Assembly (NCBI GenBank): GCA_965197375.1
Contig: CBDAMZ010000005.1
Coordinates: 12,037 to 76,036, forward strand
DNA length: 64,000 nucleotides
Direction of reading: 5' to 3'
Origin: Vicinamibacterales bacterium
Lineage (GTDB): Bacteria; Acidobacteriota; Vicinamibacteria; Vicinamibacterales; UBA8438
Shown in pieces: positions 62,728 to 64,000 of this stretch. How positions within the stretch are numbered: position 1 is the first letter of the stretch; each line of letters begins with the position of its first letter. Position numbers and translations under genes: made by a program. Below the pieces are notes generated by a model that saw only the letters and a program-made list of their open reading frames with translations, made no database searches and was not told the origin of the DNA.

Positions 62728-63663
62728 TTACTTGATCACCCGTCTGAAAATGTCATCGGCTGCCGTGTACGGATCCAGTGTTCCCTCGGCGATGCGTTCA
62801 ACCACTTCGTCCAGGTCCAGCGCCGCGGCCGCTTTCCTCTCAACGACATCTACGAACAGACGGCTCAGAATCTCTCGGAGTCTAAACCGCGCCCTCTCGC
62901 GGCGGCGGCGGCCATCGTGTTGTTCCTGCGTGCGCTCGAAGCGGTGGATCGCTGCCAGCACTTCCGGCACGCCCTCCCCGGTGGTTGCTTGCACCTTTAT
63001 AACCGGCGGGCGCCACGCCTGATCTGCTCGCTCGCTGAGCCCAAGCATCGTCTCGATGTCGGCCACGGCTCGGTCCGCCCCTTCGCGATCCGATTTGTTC
63101 ACCACGAAGACATCGGCGATTTCCATAATCCCGGCTTTAAGAGCCTGGACGTCATCGCCCGTTCCAGGCATGGTCACGACAATCGAGACATCGGCTGTAC
63201 GAGCCACGTCAACCTCACCCTGCCCGACCCCCACCGTTTCAATGAGCACGACGTCCTTACCAGCTGCGTCCAAAACTACCACCGCATCACCTGTTGCGCG
63301 GGCAAGCCCGCCGACATAGCCACGGGTGGCCATGCTGCGCACGTAAACACCGGCGTCAACAGCATGCGCCTGCATCCGGACTCGATCCCCGAGGATCGCT
63401 CCGCCGCTAAACGGACTAGTCGGATCGACGGCGATGATCCCAACGCGGCTCCCTCCGTGCCGCCACTCGGCCGTGAGTCTATCGACAAGCGTACTCTTGC
63501 CGACTCCGGGCGGACCGGTCACGCCGATTACCGTTGCGCCACCAGTATGCCCGAACAAATGTGCAATCAACTGCGACGCTTCAGGCGACTCGTCCTCGAT
63601 GATTGAAATAGCACGGGCAACAGCCCGTCGATCACCGGCGAGCACGCGGTCTACCAGATTCAC
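62728..63663 (-). CDS. meaB: Methylmalonyl-CoA mutase-associated GTPase MeaB
   Basis: GVTGPPGVGKST, AVDPTSPFSGGAILGDRVRM, IETVGVGQGE, QALKAGIMEIAD.FVVNKSD; GTG 63663 preferred as start. Confidence 0.94.
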   Translation of the reverse strand: MNLVDRVLAGDRRAVARAISIIEDESPEASQLIAHLFGHTGGATVIGVTGPPGVGKSTLVDRLTAEWRHGGSRVGIIAVDPTSPFSGGAILGDRVRMQAHAVDAGVYVRSMATRGYVGGLARATGDAVVVLDAAGKDVVLIETVGVGQGEVDVARTADVSIVVTMPGTGDDVQALKAGIMEIADVFVVNKSDREGADRAVADIETMLGLSERADQAWRPPVIKVQATTGEGVPEVLAAIHRFERTQEQHDGRRRRERARFRLREILSRLFVDVVERKAAAALDLDEVVERIAEGTLDPYTAADDIFRRVIK

Positions 63664-63701
63664 AGCCCCGACCCCTGCCCTCCTATCCCCTGCGACGTAG
63701 C

Positions 63702-64000
63702 TCACCCCAGACATTTCCTGGAAATCATCAGCCGCTGCTTGCACTGACCTCTTCTCTGATAGTCATCAGTTGAGCGTCACGGAAGTGTTTTCCCACGGGT
63801 AGTTTTTTACGCAACTATAGTCGTTGTGGATCGGCGCACACTCCCCTACGGTAAGCACCGCAACTCCACTACATTACAACTTCGCCCTCGACGATTCCGA
63901 GACGTCTGCCAGCCCGGGTCTTTGAGAGACGCCACTTGGCACCTATGGGGTCGGGCGCCTCAACGCTTGTCCCCATCTCGGTGAACTTCCATTGAATCTC
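63702..64000 (-). pseudogene. Decayed acyl-CoA dehydrogenase C-terminal region (runs off window)
   Basis: EIQWKFTEMGTSVEA..SSRAKL*CSGVAV..GECAPIHNDYSCVKNYP / HFRDAQLMTIREEVS / QRLMISRKCLG*, collinear with ACAD AIQWKLADM..AKL..VQIHGGYG..DYP.E...RD.K...IGEGTSE.QR..IAR. Confidence 0.8.

Noticed and set aside
62563..63606. 347-aa plus-strand ORF and many similar antisense ORFs (e.g. 3790-4419, 28183-28839, 58674-59378)
   Set aside because: These are shadows of well-supported genes in GC-rich DNA and have no recognisable motifs.
1..64000. CRISPR array, rRNA, riboswitch, prophage or anti-phage defence genes
   Set aside because: I saw no regularly spaced repeats or recognisable motifs by eye. An Rfam/covariance scan would be needed to exclude small RNAs.

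Overview
This window is mostly housekeeping chromosome at roughly 60% GC. Gene content and order suggest Acidobacteriota, probably Vicinamibacteria (inference). The left part holds partial carA, a PEGA pseudokinase, bshC, xdhC, hrcA*-grpE-dnaJ-rsmE, a Ser/Thr kinase, ilvE, recX, alaS, hslR and rpsT. A long minus-strand run follows: holA-lptE-leuS, ETF/ETF-QO, the fab cluster, miaA, a futalosine-type menaquinone cluster, lipid A/Bam/Lol genes, a Clp ATPase, lysS, nusB, ribH, mtnP, mce and meaB. There is one accessory block (about 19.7-23.6 kb). It has an RnfD/UnbU-like membrane protein with Sel1-like repeats, split by an IS3-family element (27-bp IRs, CAG duplication), then a frameshifted FGE-sulfatase-domain gene, and ends at a tRNA 3'-half (att-like). 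Reading between the ORFs shows erosion: a fossil pilT, a fossil acyl-CoA dehydrogenase, an internally deleted hrcA and a frameshifted plsX. The most notable intact oddities are a cysteine-free MqnE/CofH-like protein in the mqnE slot and a FabZ-LpxA fusion. I saw no CRISPR array, rRNA or defence system. All homology calls come from motif recognition, not database searches.
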